DNA of 64,000 bases from Antedon mediterranea. Taxonomy: Eukaryota > Animalia > Echinodermata. The notes beneath the pieces were generated by a model that saw nothing but the letters and a program-made list of their open reading frames with translations, did not search any database and was not told the DNA's origin. The stretch spans positions 26,108,437 to 26,172,436 of the forward strand of contig NC_092672.1 of NCBI RefSeq assembly GCF_964355755.1, in the 5' to 3' direction. The position numbers and the translations under genes were made by a program. Of the stretch, positions 1-14,500 are shown in pieces (within the stretch, counting starts at the first letter, position 1; each line of letters starts with the position of its first letter).

Positions 1-3000
1 CGCGCTCTTTTAAATGTAATGAATTATGACGCAAAAGATGAAAATACGACCTTTTTTATTTAACTGGCCATATGATGACGTCACAACATCCGATGGGCAA
101 CATTTTTACATAATTTCGTATCTACAATCCAATAGCTTCCAGAAAAAGTTTTAATCGTGATTATCACATTTTATTCTTACGAGCTATAACAGAATAAAAT
201 TTACGGTAAAGATGAAATTGATGCCACACGTGATTTAAATTTTTAGGCATGATGACGTCAAAAAAATTAAAATATTTTTAACTCATGCGAAAGATAGTTG
301 ATTGACCTACACAATATCAAAATCGGGGTGAAAATGGAAAACGGATAAGTGGAGATGCGCTCTATTCAATGTGATGAGCTATGACGAAAGATACAAAAAT
401 CCTAAATTTTATATTCGCGTGACCATACGATGACGTCACAATGTCCGGTTAGCCATATTAATACCTGATCCGATCTCTACATCTCATCTACTTCTAGAAT
501 ATGTTATCCACAAAAATTTGACCGTCTAGTTTAGAAATTACGACTGTTTAAAAAAAGGCATATTTTAAACGAATTTTTTAACCTTTTCATAAAAAACGCG
601 CGCAAATTGTCCAATTCGACGTGCTCGTATGACGTATCTTTAAGTCGAAATTGTTTAAAATTTGGTAAAATTACTAGAAAAGGCTGGAAAAACATAAATC
701 ACGCGAAAAAAATACGTTTTCAATGCTACGTGCGCACCGCACACGTAAAAATTTGCGCACGCGTGGGAATTTTTGACATGCTTAACACGACTTGAAACGC
801 GAAGAAAGTTGATTATAAATTAATTTTGCGCATTTTGAAATTTTAAATGCGCGTGCGCGCGTAACTTTGTGAAAACACGCAATTTTTTTTCAACAGAAAG
901 TTAGCGCATGATATAAATTAAACTTTTGCAAAGTTTCACTTTAAAATGTTATTTGGTTTTCGACATATGTTAAATACAAGAAAATCGTTAAATCGCGCGT
1001 ACGTCACGTTGCGCAATTGTAAACATCATGAAAAGCTTCGCTTGACGACGTTACATAAATGTCAAAATGTTAACATAGTTAACAAAATGTTATGTTTGCA
1101 AGTTTTAGAGAAAAGCGTTACACAAAAATCATACAGAAAGAAAGAAGACTAGACATGTAACTCGTCACTTTGACGAGTTTGGTTATCCGCCGCGCAAGTG
1201 GTGCAACATTAACATTAAGGGGATAGGTTGAGGACAAAAGGAAGTGTTCACGTTGGCATTATGACCTGAACTGAAGAATATGATATGTTGTTATTGCTGA
1301 ATTTTATTATTCAAATTCATATATAGTGTACACAGTATAATCTGTATCCATATCACATACAGTGTAGAATAGGTGAAATTACGGGACCCGCTATTTATTG
1401 CAATTTTTAACATGTTGACGGTTTTAAAATGAAACGCGAAGGTAGCAATTCCGAAAGGAAATTATCTCAGCAACAACGTATTAGCATGTAGAAGAAATTT
1501 GAATACGTGAAATATTGATGCGCGCTCGTTTAAATGTAATGAATTATGACGCAAAAGATGAAAATACGACCTTTTTTATTTAACTGGCCATATGATGACG
1601 TCACAACATCCGATTGGCAACATTTTTACATAATTTCGTATCTACAGTCCAATAGCTTCCAGAAAAAGTTTTAATCGTGATTATCACATTTTATTCTTAC
1701 GAGCTATAACAGATTAAAATTTACTGTAAAGATGAAATTAATGCCACACGTGATTTAAATTTTTAAGCACGATGACGTAAAAAAAATTAAAATATTTTTA
1801 ACTCATGCGAAAGATAGTTGATTGACCTAGACAATATCAAAATCGGGGTGAAAATGGAAAACGGATAAGTGGAGATGCGCTCTATTCAATGTGATGAGCT
1901 ATGACGAAAGATACAAAATCCTAAATTTTATATTTGCGTGGCCATACGATGACATCACAATGTCCGGTTAGCCATATTAATACCTGATCCAATATCTACA
2001 ACTCATCTACTTCCAGAAAATGCCATCCACAAAAAGTTGACCGTTTAGTTTAGAAATTACGACTGTTTTAAAAAAGGCATATTTTAAACGAATTTTTTAA
2101 CGTTTTCATAAAAAACGCGCGCAAATTGTCCAATTCGACGTGCTCGTATGACGTATCTTTAAGTCAAAATTGTTTAAAATTTGGTAAAATTACTAGAAAA
2201 GGCTGGAAAAACATAAATCACGCAAAAAAAATACGTTTCCAATGCTACGTGCGCTCCGCACACGTAAAAATGTGCGCATGCGTGGGAATTTTTGACATGC
2301 TTAAACCGACATGAAACGCGTAGAAAGTTGATTAGAAATTATTTTGCTCATTTTGAAATTTTAAATGCGCGTGCGCGCGTAACTTTGTCTAAAACACGCA
2401 ATTTTTTTTCAACAGAAGGTTAGCGCATGATATAAATTAAACTTTTGCAAAGTTTCACTTTAAAATGTTATTTGGTTTTCGACATATGTTAAATACGAGA
2501 AAATCGTTAAATCGCGCGTACGTCACGTTGCGCGATTGTAAACATCATGAAAAGCTTCGCTTGACGACGTTACATAAATGTCAAAATGTTAACATAGTTA
2601 ACAAAATGTTATGTTTGCAAGTTTTAGAGAAAAGCGTTACACAAAAATCATACAGAAAGAAAGAAGATTAAGAAAAAGACTAGACATGTAACTCGTCACT
2701 TTGACGAGTTTGGTTATCCGCCGCGCCGCGCAAGTGGTGCAACATTAACATTAAGGGGATAGGTTGAGGACAAAAGGAAGTGTTCACGTTGGCATTATGA
2801 CCTGAACTGAAGAATATGATATGTTGTTATTGCTGAATTTTATTATTTAAATTCATATATAGTATACACAGTATAATCTGTATCTATCACATACAGTGAC
2901 ATACATAGAATAGGTGAAGTTACGGGACCCGCTATTTATTGCAATTTTTTAACATGTTTACGGTTTTAAAATGAAACGCGAAGGTAGCAATTCCGAAAGG

Positions 3001-6000
3001 AAATTATCTCAGCAACAACGTATTAGCGTGTAGAAGAAATTTGAATACGTGAAATATTGATGCGCGCTCTTTTAAATGTAATGAATTATGACGCAAAAGA
3101 TGAAAATACGACCTTTTTTATTTAACTGGCCATATGATGACGTCACAACATCCGATTGGCAACATTTTTACATAATTTCGTATCTACAATCCAATAGCTT
3201 CCAGAAAAAGTTTTAATCGTGATTATCACATTTTATTCTTACGAGCTATAACAGATTAACATTTACTGTAAAGATGAAATTAATGCCACACGTGATTTAA
3301 ATTTTTAGGCACGATGACGTCAAAAAAATTAAAATATTTTTAACTCATGCGAAAGATACTTGATTGACCTAGACAATATCAAAATCGGGGTGAAAATGGA
3401 AAACGGATAAGTGGAGATGCGCTCTATTCAATGTGATGAGCTATGACGAAAGATACAAAAATCCTAAATTTTATATTCGCATGGCCATACGATGACGTCA
3501 TAATGTCCGGTTACCCATATTAATACCTGATCCGATATCTACAACTCATCTACTTCCAGAATATGTCATCCACAAAAATTTGACCGTCTAGTTTAGAAAT
3601 TACGACTGTTTAAAAAAAGGCATATTTTAAACGAATTTTTTAACCTTTTCATAAAAAACGCGCGCAAATTGTCCAATTCGACGTGCTCGTATGACGTATC
3701 TTTAAGTCGAAATTGTTTAAAATTTGGTAAAATTACTAGAAAAGGCTGAAAAAACATAAATCACGCGAAAAAAATACGTTTTCAATGCTACGTGCGTACC
3801 GTACACGTAAAAATGTGCGCACGCGTGGGAATTTTTGACATGCTCAAAACGACATGAAACGCGTAGAAAGTTGATTAGAAATTAATTTTGCGCATTTTGA
3901 AATTTTAAATGCGCGTGCGCGCGTAACTTTGTGTAAAACACGCAATTTTTTTTCAACAGACAGTTAGCGCATGATATAAATTAAACTTTTGCAAAGTTTC
4001 ACTTTAAAATGTTATTTGGTTTTCGACATATGTTAAATACGAGAAAATCGTTAAATCGCGCGTACGTCACGTTGCGCAATTGTAAACATCATGAAAAGCT
4101 TCGCTTGACGACGTTACGTGAATGTCAAAATGTTAACATAGTTAACAAAATGTTATGTTTGCAAGTTTTAGAGAAAAGCGTTACACAAAAATCATACAGA
4201 AAGAAAGAAGATGACAAAAAAGATGATGATTTCGTACAATCACAAGAGGTTATCCTGCAACTTCGTTGCGGATAACCAACTAGACATGTAACTCGTCACT
4301 TTGACGAGTTTGGTTATCCGCCGCGCAAGTGGTGCAACATTAACATTAAGGGGATAGGTTGAGGACAAAAGGAAGTGTTCACGTTGGCATTATGATCTGA
4401 ACTGAAGAATATGATATGTTGTTATTGCTGAATTTTATTATTTAAATTCATATATAGTATACACAGTATATTCTGTATCCATATCACATACAGTGACATA
4501 CAGTGTAGAATAGGTGAAATTACGGGACCTGCTATTTATTGCAATTTTTAACATGTTGACGGTTTTAAAATAAAACGCGAAGGTAGCAATTCCGAAAGGA
4601 AATTATATCAGCAACAACGTATTAGCGTGTAGAAGAAATTTGAATACGTGAAATATTGATGCGCGCTCTTTTAAATGTAATGAATTATGACGCAAAAGAT
4701 GAAAATACGACCTTTTTTATTTAACTGGCCATATGATGACGTCACAACATCCGATTGGCAACATTTTTACATAATTTCGTATCTACAATCCAATAGCTTC
4801 CAGAAAAAGTTTTAATCGTGATTATCACATTTTATTCTTACGAGCTATAACAGATTAAAATTTACTGTAAAGATGAAATTGATGCCACACGTGATTTAAA
4901 TTTTTAGGCATGATGACGTCAAAAAAATTAAAATATTTTTAACTCATGCGAAAGATAGTTGATTGACCTAGACAATATCAAAATCAGGGTGAAAATGGAA
5001 AACGAATAAGTGGAGATGCGCTCTATTCAATGTGATGAGTTATGACGAAAGATACAAAAATCCTAAATTTTATATTCGCGTGGCCATACGATGACGTCAC
5101 AATGTCCGGTTAGCCATATTAATACCTGATCCGATATCTACAACTCATCTACTTCCAGAATATGTCATCCACAAAAAGTTGACCGTCTAGTTTAGAAATT
5201 ACGACTGTTTAAAAAAAGGCATATTTTAAACGAATTTTTTAACCTTTTCATAAAAAACGCGCGCAAATTGTCCAATTTGACGTGCTCGTATGACGTATCT
5301 TTAAGTCGAAATTGTTTAAAATTTGGTAAAATTGCTAGAAAAGGCTGGAAAAACATAAATCACGCGAAAAAAATACGTTTTCAATGCTACGTGCGCACCG
5401 CACACGTAAAAATGTGCGCACGCGTGGGAATTTTTGACATGCTTAAAACGACATGAAACGCGTAGAAAGTTGATTAGAAATTAATTTTGCGCATTTTGAA
5501 ATTTTAAATACGCGTGCGCGCGTAACTTTGTGTAAAACACGCAATTTTTTTTCAACAGAAAGTTAGCGCATGATATAAATTAAACTTTTGCAAAGTTTCA
5601 CTTTAAAATGTTATTTGGTTTTCGACATATGTTAGATACGAGAAAATCGTTAAATCGCGCGTACGTCACGTTGCGCAATTGTAAACATCATGAAAAGCTT
5701 TGCTTGACGACGTTACATAAATGTCAAAATGTTAACATAGTTACCGAAATGTTATGTTTGCGAGTTTTAGAGAAAAGCGTTACACAAAAATCATACAGAA
5801 AGAAAGAAGAAGAACTAGACATGTAACTCGTCACTTTGACGAGTTTGGTTATCCGCCGCGCAAGTGGTGCAACATTAACATTAAGGGGATAGGTTGAGGA
5901 CAAAAGGAAGTGTTCACGTTGGCATTATGACCTGAACTGAACAATATGATATGTTGTTATTGCGGAATTTTATTATTTAAATTCATATATAGTATATACA

Positions 6001-7388
6001 CAGTATAATCTGTATCCATATCACATACAGTGTAGAATAGGTGAAATTACGGGACCCGCTATTTATTACAATTTTTAACATGTTGATGGTTTTAAAATGA
6101 AACGCGAAGGTAGCAATTCCGAAAGGAAATTATCTCAGCAACAACGTATTAGCGTGTAGAAGAAATTTGAATACGTGAAATATTGATGCGCGCTCTTTTA
6201 AATGTAATGAATTATGACGCAAAAGATGAAAATACGACCTTTTTTATTTAACTGGCCATATGATGACGTCACAACATCCGATTGGCAACATTTTTACAAA
6301 ATTTCGTATCTACAGTCCAATAGCTTCCAGAAAAAATTTTAATCGTGATTATCACATTTTATTCTTACGAGCTATAACAGATTAAAATTTACTGTAAAGA
6401 TGAAATTAATGCCACACGTGATTTAAATTTTTAGGCATGATGACGTCAAAAAAATTAAAATATTTTTAACTCATGCGAAAGATACTTGATTGACCTAGAC
6501 AAAATCAAAATCGGGGTGAAAATGGAAAACGGATAAGTGGAGATGCGCTCTATTCAATGTGATGAGCTATGACGAAAGATACAAAAATCCTAAATTTTAT
6601 ATTCGCGTGGCCATACGATGACGTCACAATGTCCGGTTAGCCATATTAATACCTGATCCGATATCTACAACTCATCTACTTCCAGAATATGCCATCCACA
6701 AAAAGTTGACCGTCTAGTTTAGAAATTACGACAGTTTAAAAAAAGGCATATTTTAAACAAATTTTTTAACCTTTTCATAAAAAACGCGCGCAAATTGTCC
6801 AATTCGACGTGCTCGTATGAGGTATCTTTAAGTCGAAATTGTTTAAAATTTGGTAAAATTACTAGAAAAGGCTGGAAAAATATAAATCACGCGAAAAAAG
6901 TACGTTTTCAATACTACGTGCGCACCGCACACGTAAAAATGTGCGCACGCGTGGGAATTTTTGACATGCTTAAAACGACATGAAACGCGTAGAAAGTTGA
7001 TTATAAATTAATTTTGCGCATTTTGAAATTTTAAATGCGCGTGTGCGCGTAACTTTGTGTAAAACACGCAATTTTTTTTCAACAGAAAGTTAGCGCATGA
7101 TATATATTAAACTTTTGCAAAGTTTCAAGTTGAAATGTTTTTTGGTTGTCGAGCTATGTTAAATACGACAAAATCGTTAAATCGCGCGTAAGTCACGTTG
7201 CGCAATTGTAAACGTCATGAAAAGCTTCGCTTGACGACGTTACGTAAATGTCAATATGTTAAGATAGTTACCGAAATGTTATGTTTGCGAGTTTTAGAGA
7301 AAAGCGTTACACAAAAATCATACAGAATGATTTCGTACAATCACAAGAGGTTATCCTGCAACTTCGTTGCGGATAACCAATAAAAAGT

Positions 7389-7421
<33 letters not shown>

Positions 7422-7607
7422 CGTACAATCACAAGAGGTTATCCTGCAACTTCGTTGCGGATAACCAATGATGATGATGATTTCGTACAATCACAAGAGG
7501 TTATCCTGCAACTTCGTTGCGGATAACCAATTAAGAAAAAGATGTTGATGATGATGATTTCGTACAATCACAAGAGGTTATCCTGCAACTTCGTTGCGGA
7601 TAACCAA
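1..7607 (-). mobile_element. Nested array of five ~1.55-1.6 kb non-autonomous Helitron2/Helentron-type (HINE/DINE-1-like) elements
   Basis: Unit starts on + strand (ctagacatgtaactcgtcactttgacgagtttggttatccgc) at 1149, 2680, 4280 and 5815; the first copy begins before the window. On the - strand each element ends in CTAG preceded by a 9-bp hairpin (aactcgtca-ctt-tgacgagtt, e.g. 1159-1179). There is a 12-bp subterminal inverted repeat (ttggttatccgc/gcggataaccaa), a second hairpin at the other end (ggttatcc-t-gcaac-ttc-gttgc-ggataacc) and an adjacent (GAA/GAT)n microsatellite. Insertions are at A|T with no TSD. No coding capacity. Confidence 0.85.
7328..7607 (-). repeat. Four stacked ~52-bp HINE 5' termini separated by (GAT)n microsatellite
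   Basis: gatttcgtacaatcacaagaggttatcctgcaacttcgttgcggataaccaa ends at 7380, 7468, 7530 and 7607; the same terminus ends at 4279. Confidence 0.9.
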
Positions 7608-8220
7608 TAAAGATTTGATACAATAACAATAGGTGATCATTTTATTCTAAATGATCACCTAATTATAAAGAACCAAAACAAAAAAACATTTTTTTAAATT
7701 AACTCTTGTTTATGGCATTAAAATGAATTGAATTGTCTTGGTAAAAGTCTTATTTTCTACATATGTGGATCATTAAAAAATGTCTTGTGTTGATAATCTA
7801 AACATGTTGCAATGCAGACAAAGTTGTGCACTGAGTATTGGGTGCTGCTTTAAACTGGCATATCATATCACCTGATATCATGTAGCATCCAATCAATGTG
7901 GCCTTTATTTTTAGCTGTTATTGTGTTGAAGTTTACTCCCTAGTAGTGTAATATTATTTCTATAATTGTTTTGTTTTACATACAATTTTTTTTAATGAAC
8001 TATCAAAATGAATTTATTACTATATTAGTAAAATACTTCTTTTTGCATCTGAGAATCATAAAAGAATAAATTCTTATGTTGATAATCTTGCAAAATGCTG
8101 CAACGCAGTCATCTTCACTTATTGCCTGATGCCATGATGCCTATTTTGAGCTGTTAATGTGTTGCAGTTGACTTTCTATTAGTTTATTATTCCTATGTTT
8201 TTTTTTAAATTTTACTTTAA

Positions 8221-8513
8221 AGATGTATTGTCCCCAAAAACATAAAAAAAATGAAGATTAATTAAATCAGACTTTGAATATGTTATTCACTTCCAAAGAA
8301 AACAATATGGAAAAAAAAAACAAAATTCAACCAAAAACCCATTGGCTGGCAGCCAATTTGACCATTTTTTGGTTTAAATTACAGTTTTTTCAGTTAAAAT
8401 ACATTTTTTTTAAATCCAATTTTTGGTCAAAGTGGATAACTATTATGTTACATTATAATGGCATATTCAACAAAAACATTTTTAAGAATTTTTTTCAGGG
8501 GGACAATACATCT
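8221..8513. mobile_element. Kolobok-type MITE
   Basis: TIR agatgtattgtccc / gggacaatacatct flanked by TTAA on both sides (8217-8220, 8514-8517). Related copies at ~33836-34055 and near 49326-49528. Confidence 0.75.
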
Positions 8514-8599
8514 TTAATAGTTTAAAAGTGTTTGTTAGTTTTTTGTTTTGATATGAAGTTATTTTAATAATGTAACCTTTCATATATGTTTTACTTCAG

Positions 8600-11500
8600 T
8601 ATCACTGAAAAGCTCAGATGGATCTGAAGAGAGTTTTTTACCAAATAGTGGTTTCACACCAAAACGCAAACACAGAAAAGGCAGTAGCACACGCAAAACA
8701 TCAAGCATTCCTACTCCTAAAATAGAAGATCCCAATGAATCAGTTGGAGAACACTCAAGCTTCCGTGAATGTGAAATGAGTAGTGGATTGATTCATACCC
8801 CCTCTGAAGGAAGCCTGTCAATAGATTCTAACAATGAAAAGAATAGCGGACTTGGTAGTCAAGAAGGGGAGGAAGAACATTCAATGGAATCGCATACTGC
8901 TGTTGATGGCAATAATGAAACAAATGCAGGCTATATTAAATTTGAAGCAAGTGGACAATTAATTGTTAAGAATGATAGTGAACCATTAAATGCTGGTGAT
9001 GTCATAGAAAGTAAAAAGACTATTGGTGATATTTCAAAAGATGTAGCAGAGGGATTGATGGAAAAATTAGATGACAGAGAAGTAGAGTATGAAACTGAAA
9101 CCACATCAAAAACAATGGCAGTAGACCTGACAGATGATTCTATTATTTCTGAAGGTGCTTTTATTACTGATGAAATAGAAAACCCATATGAAAGTCAGCA
9201 ACAGTTTAAAGAAGACATTGCTGAAGCTGACCCACCTTTTGAATTTGTGGAAGAATCCAATGAAGATTCTGAACATTGTTTAAATCTAGATAAAGAGAGA
9301 TGCAAAAAAGAGGAGATTTTTGGAAACAGTTTAGGGGCCCGAGGTGGTTGGTCATCTCAATTTGAGAATTCTAGCTCTTCAAAGACAGTAGTTGGCCCGG
9401 AAAATGGTGAGTACTAAATGCACCAGGACATGGTGTATTTCACTATCTCTAATTTATATAACTTTACGAGGATACTACTGTGTTTAATCTTTATGCTGTA
9501 CCATGATAAACCTGTGCATTGATATGAGACTTTTGAGGCTATGTCTATGCCTATGTATGTCTCTCCAGGAATACAAATTTTTAATAGAGGCTTTTCAATT
9601 TGAGCGAGTTTGAAGTTCATATCCACAGTAGTTGACTGTTACTCGTCCGCGGATATGTGAATGTTTAGATTGTGTGGACATTCACGTTGACGTACCAATG
9701 AACGTATAATGTAATGACCTTGTAGTTCTTGTGTTGCTATTCCACTGCTGGGCCAGTGTTAGCGCAGAGACTTATGCCATGCTATGTATAAGTAGCTTAG
9801 GCCTAGCGTAGATCAATAATTTTTTGAATGATCAGACCAGCGTTTCTCCAAATCAGGATAAATTTTATTGAATGAGTATAAATCAACTACAGATACAAGA
9901 AGTGAACTTCAATTATTGTTTAAACTATTTTTTATTTTTCTGTGGCACCAAACAGGTAAGGCAGTACAGTGCAAACACTACACATAAGTTAGAGTCACTG
10001 TTTTGTTGAGAAATTAGGTTTTTCAAATATTTATTAATTTTTTTAGTAGGTGGCAGTTACACATCTCTTCTCAACAACTATGCTGAAAACACAGCTGCCA
10101 AGTTGCTTCCTGCTTCAGTGGATACAGAGAAACTTATGGACAAAATTGCACCAAAGGGAGAAGAAAGGGTAATTTGTAACTAAACTTTTAATTCATTTTA
10201 GAATTATTCATCCAGATCACTTTTGGCTATTTCGAACCATGCTCTGTCAATATTTGTTTTTACAATTATGAAACAGGATATCAGGTATTCTCATTATTGT
10301 TTTAATATAGTGGACAACATCTGCAAAATACCCACATCACATCATCTCACAGAATGTATATTATACATTACAATATTATTCAAGAAGATGAGATACTCTT
10401 ACCTGAAACAGAAAAGCATCCCTTAACCATTTGGCTTAACTCCTATTTTTGTACATTGCTCAACATTCAAAAGAAAATAAAAAAGATAATAGTTGTATTA
10501 ACTACGGATAGATCACTATTATTTGAACCAATCCGATGGCATGAATTTAACCATGTGATATATAAGTTGTTATTCAAATAAATAATATAGTCATATTATT
10601 ATTGTTGTACAGTACATATATATATTTTTTATTCATTTAATCATAACATAATAATTATAATCCTTTTATTGAATTCTATGATGCCCATTGGATAAAAGGG
10701 CTTTGCTTTTTATATATTTTGAGTTGGGCTATCTTAAAAGGTAACTCCAGGCTATTTTTATTTTTGTGAAAAAAATATAAACATTTGCTACCTGAATTAT
10801 AATTATTAGAAAACAGTAGTAGAACCACCATACTTTTTCTACTTCAATGCACATTGAAAAAGTCTCAATACTTGGAACTGATGTGCGAGGCCAATTGGAA
10901 AATATATTTTCAAATGTATCTTTAAATCTTGATATTGGCAAATAATGTGAATGTGATTGTTTTTCCCAAACGATTGTATGAATCAATTTTACATACTAGT
11001 GAGCGACAATTAAATTGTTTAATACTTTAATTTCTTTACAATGTTTCTTCCACTTCAACACTGTATAAAAATAGTTTGCATTAAATATGGTTGCAAAATT
11101 AAACCTGGAGTTGCCCTTTAAGTTAAAAAAAGTTTATATTTGATTCAGTATATTATTTTGTTTTATTCAGACTAGCAATGATTTATGCGATGATTTGTTG
11201 GCTGATTATGATATTGTATTACCCATTCCATCATCCACCTTGTTTTTGTCAGACCCTGTAAGCATACCATATTCATATATTGTTTGTAGCATAGATGTAC
11301 AGTACACCATACAGCAAATGATCGAACAAGTTACACGGTTGAAATAGCACTGCTGAAAGCATAATGAGCACAGCAGTTGTTTAAAAAAAAAGATATTTTG
11401 AATACTGTTAAGCAATGCTGTACAAGCTAAAACAAGATTATTGATATTGTAAAGTTCCAATTGACTGGAACATTCAGAAGGAAAATGCAAATTTTCAATT

Positions 11501-14500
11501 TATCAAAAATACTTAAATTTGTAAATGGCACATAATTGATAAAAGCCATAAAAGATTACTTGGTCGATGATTTAGCTATAAGGTATATAACATGTTGTGT
11601 TGATAGTGTGATGAAAGTTTAGAAAAGCATTGAACATGTGTCTCCAGTTATTTTATTATTACAGCATAACTTACAGCATAGCTTGCAACTTACGCCTTGG
11701 TCACTAACAGTGGAATTATGGAATTCTTGTCAAATTGCTTGACATTTTTCCTTCAGTTTTGTCATCTTACAATATTTTGTCATCTATAATTGCATAATTG
11801 TTTTAGTAATTTTATTTGCTTGGTTTTTTGCAACTTTCTGTTTCTATGCTTCATTTATTTTTGTGGTTTATAATAGTACATGGAGCTTTGTGATTAACAT
11901 TGTTTGTACTTGTTTTTATTGAATCACTCATGCTTGTTACTACTATATCATTTGTGGGTTTGAAATTTTGCATTTTTTGCATGGTGTTTTTTTTTTTTTT
12001 TATGTACAATAAAGTGATATGTTTATTATGGGTTTTGTTAGTATATAACACAATGCAAGTAATTTAGGCAATCACAATACAACAAGCAACACAATGTAAT
12101 CTTTATTGGAATAACTATCTCGTGTCAAATGGTGCGTCCAAGAAGTATACAAAACAAAACTTTAAAAAACAATAAATCAAAAGTAATTGAAAGGACTAAT
12201 TATGTAAAGACTGTCGCTTGTGGTGTAATTAATTGAGTTTCACATTCATCTTTGCATTTCATCCTAATGGGAATGGATTACATCACGACACAATTTTGAA
12301 AGGTCAAATATATATACTTAACCACTAGAAAATCAACATGAATCCTAGAAAACCTGAGCATAAATCCTATAAATAATTTCTTCTACTCAACTATAAATTC
12401 ATGCACTTTAGACTAAACTAACCTTTATTAAACATTTGTTTATTGTTTGTTGTCATTTTATAGGTTGAAAAGAGGGTTTCTTTTTTATTTTGGTTCATCA
12501 TATTTTTGTATATATATGATATAAATTTCCATGACTAACAATTTCCTTGTAAACCTTTTTGCTTGCAATAAAGAAATTTGGAGCCAGATGGTTAAATAAG
12601 GTAAATGTTAATGGCAAAGTTGGTGTAGATTATTGTCAAGCCAAAAGTATTGGTAATGTCAACTCTTTGAATAAGTTCCCCAGTTGAATAAGCTTCCCAG
12701 TTGAATAAGTTCCCCAGTTGAATAAGCAACCTAGTTGAACAAGCTTTCTAGTTGAATAAGTTCTCCAGTTGAATAAGCTCCCTAGTTGAACAAGTTTCCC
12801 AGTTGAACAAGCGCCCCAGTTGAAAAAGCGCCCCAGCCCAGATGAAAAAGCGCCCAGTTGAAAGAGCACCCTAGTTGAACAAGCTCCCCAGTTGAAAAAG
12901 TGCCCCAGTTCAACAAGCTCTTCAGTTGAACAAGCTCCCCAGTTCAACAAGCACCCAGTTGAACAAGTGCCATAATTAACAACAGCTCAATAACACAAGC
13001 ACCTCAGTCACGCACACCATTATTTGATTTTTTTCAGTACTGTTAATTTGAGCAATTTTTAAATTAAATGTTTTAATCTTATCTAGTTTGAAATGATTAT
13101 TAAAATACTTATCAAATCATTGTTTTTTAAACTATGTTTTCATTGCAGAAAGTTCAGCAACTGTTAGCAATTGTAACCAAGATATCACGTGAGAAAGGTC
13201 TTGATGCTCAGAACTACCAATGTAAAGGATGTACAAGGCCAATTGGAATAAGTAAGTAAGGCTGTGTTCGGTTACATGTGTAATCAGTGATCGTTCGGAC
13301 GATGAACAATTTACACGTGTAAAGGGTCATATTTCATGCATCTCTTTACATTATTAACGTCAAATTGCTCCTTATCTTGCAGTTAATCAGCTTGCGGTTT
13401 AAGGTGTTATTGAAAAATTCACCTCATGAGGTTGATTTTTGAAACAGCAAGTTTATCTCAGAATTTACACCACACGCGACCATTACACGTGTAAATTTGT
13501 TCCGTCCGAATGGACTCTAAATGTTTTATATATTGGTCCTTGTACTACAGTCTGACAAACAAGTGTAATGATTCATTTTCCCCCATTAAAAATAAACATA
13601 TAAAATCAAACTTTGAATAGGTTATGTTGTAGTTATTAATAAAGTTATTCACTTCTGCAGAAAAATAACAATTTTTATTTTGTGACATTAAAATGGCGTA
13701 TTCAACAACAAATTGTTCAGGGAGACAATATATCAATAAGTATAGTAATGTCTAAACTACAGTACAGTTTACATATCAAACAGTACTACTAAGGGAGTTT
13801 AAATTCTGTCTCGAGTGGAAGAAAACTTTAACATTTTAGATGGAATGCATGCAATAAAAATGTATTGTTGATGAGCATTCCAATGAAACAACATTTCTCT
13901 TTAACTTAACGCATCGCTTGTGATTGGTCAAATCTCTTACATTGCATTACGTCCTTGTGTTGCGTCTCTAGCCAGAATGAGATAGACGAGGTGCTCTAAA
14001 ATGTTTAATTTTCACCACCCACCCAAATTCCTCAGCAGATATCATCAAATTTTTTAATAGTAATTATATTTAAAACATCTTTCCCTATTCTGTTTTTAAC
14101 CTCTCGCTACGGCCTTGGGAACAAAACATTAACTCTGTATAAGTGTATCATAAACCTTTATGGTGCTGTACATTTGCATCAAGATTTAATGTGTTTTTTC
14201 TTTCTTTCACAGTTTATGGGAAGGCTAAAGTATGTAGCTATGATGGTTGTTATTACTGCAATGAGTGTCATATCGATGAGGAATGTGTCATTCCAGCCAA
14301 GGTATTGCATAACTGGGACTTTCGTAAGCACAAAGGTAAGCGCACTCTATCACATTTTTATTCATTATTGACCTTAAGAAATGTCAAGATTTCTTGCAAT
14401 ATAAACTACACAAAAGGATATTACCAACGTTGACACTAAAAATGAAAATTGTATGAACAAATCCAAAAGTATTACCTTACCAGATTTTAAGCATGTGTCC

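Noticed and set aside
607-7383. Recurring 61-88 aa ORFs (MSNSTCSY.., MLFGFRHM..) as a tandem gene family
   Set aside because: They are by-products of the repeated non-coding HINE unit: several have non-ATG starts, one copy is broken by a stop (tga at ~3747), C-termini vary with the microsatellite, and no domain motifs are present.
7328-7607. CRISPR-like array of palindromic 52-bp repeats
   Set aside because: The 'spacers' are (GAT)n microsatellite and the repeat is the transposon terminus also seen ending at 4279; eukaryotic context with no cas genes.
12636-12950. 104-aa repetitive ORF
   Set aside because: Translation of the 17-bp minisatellite.
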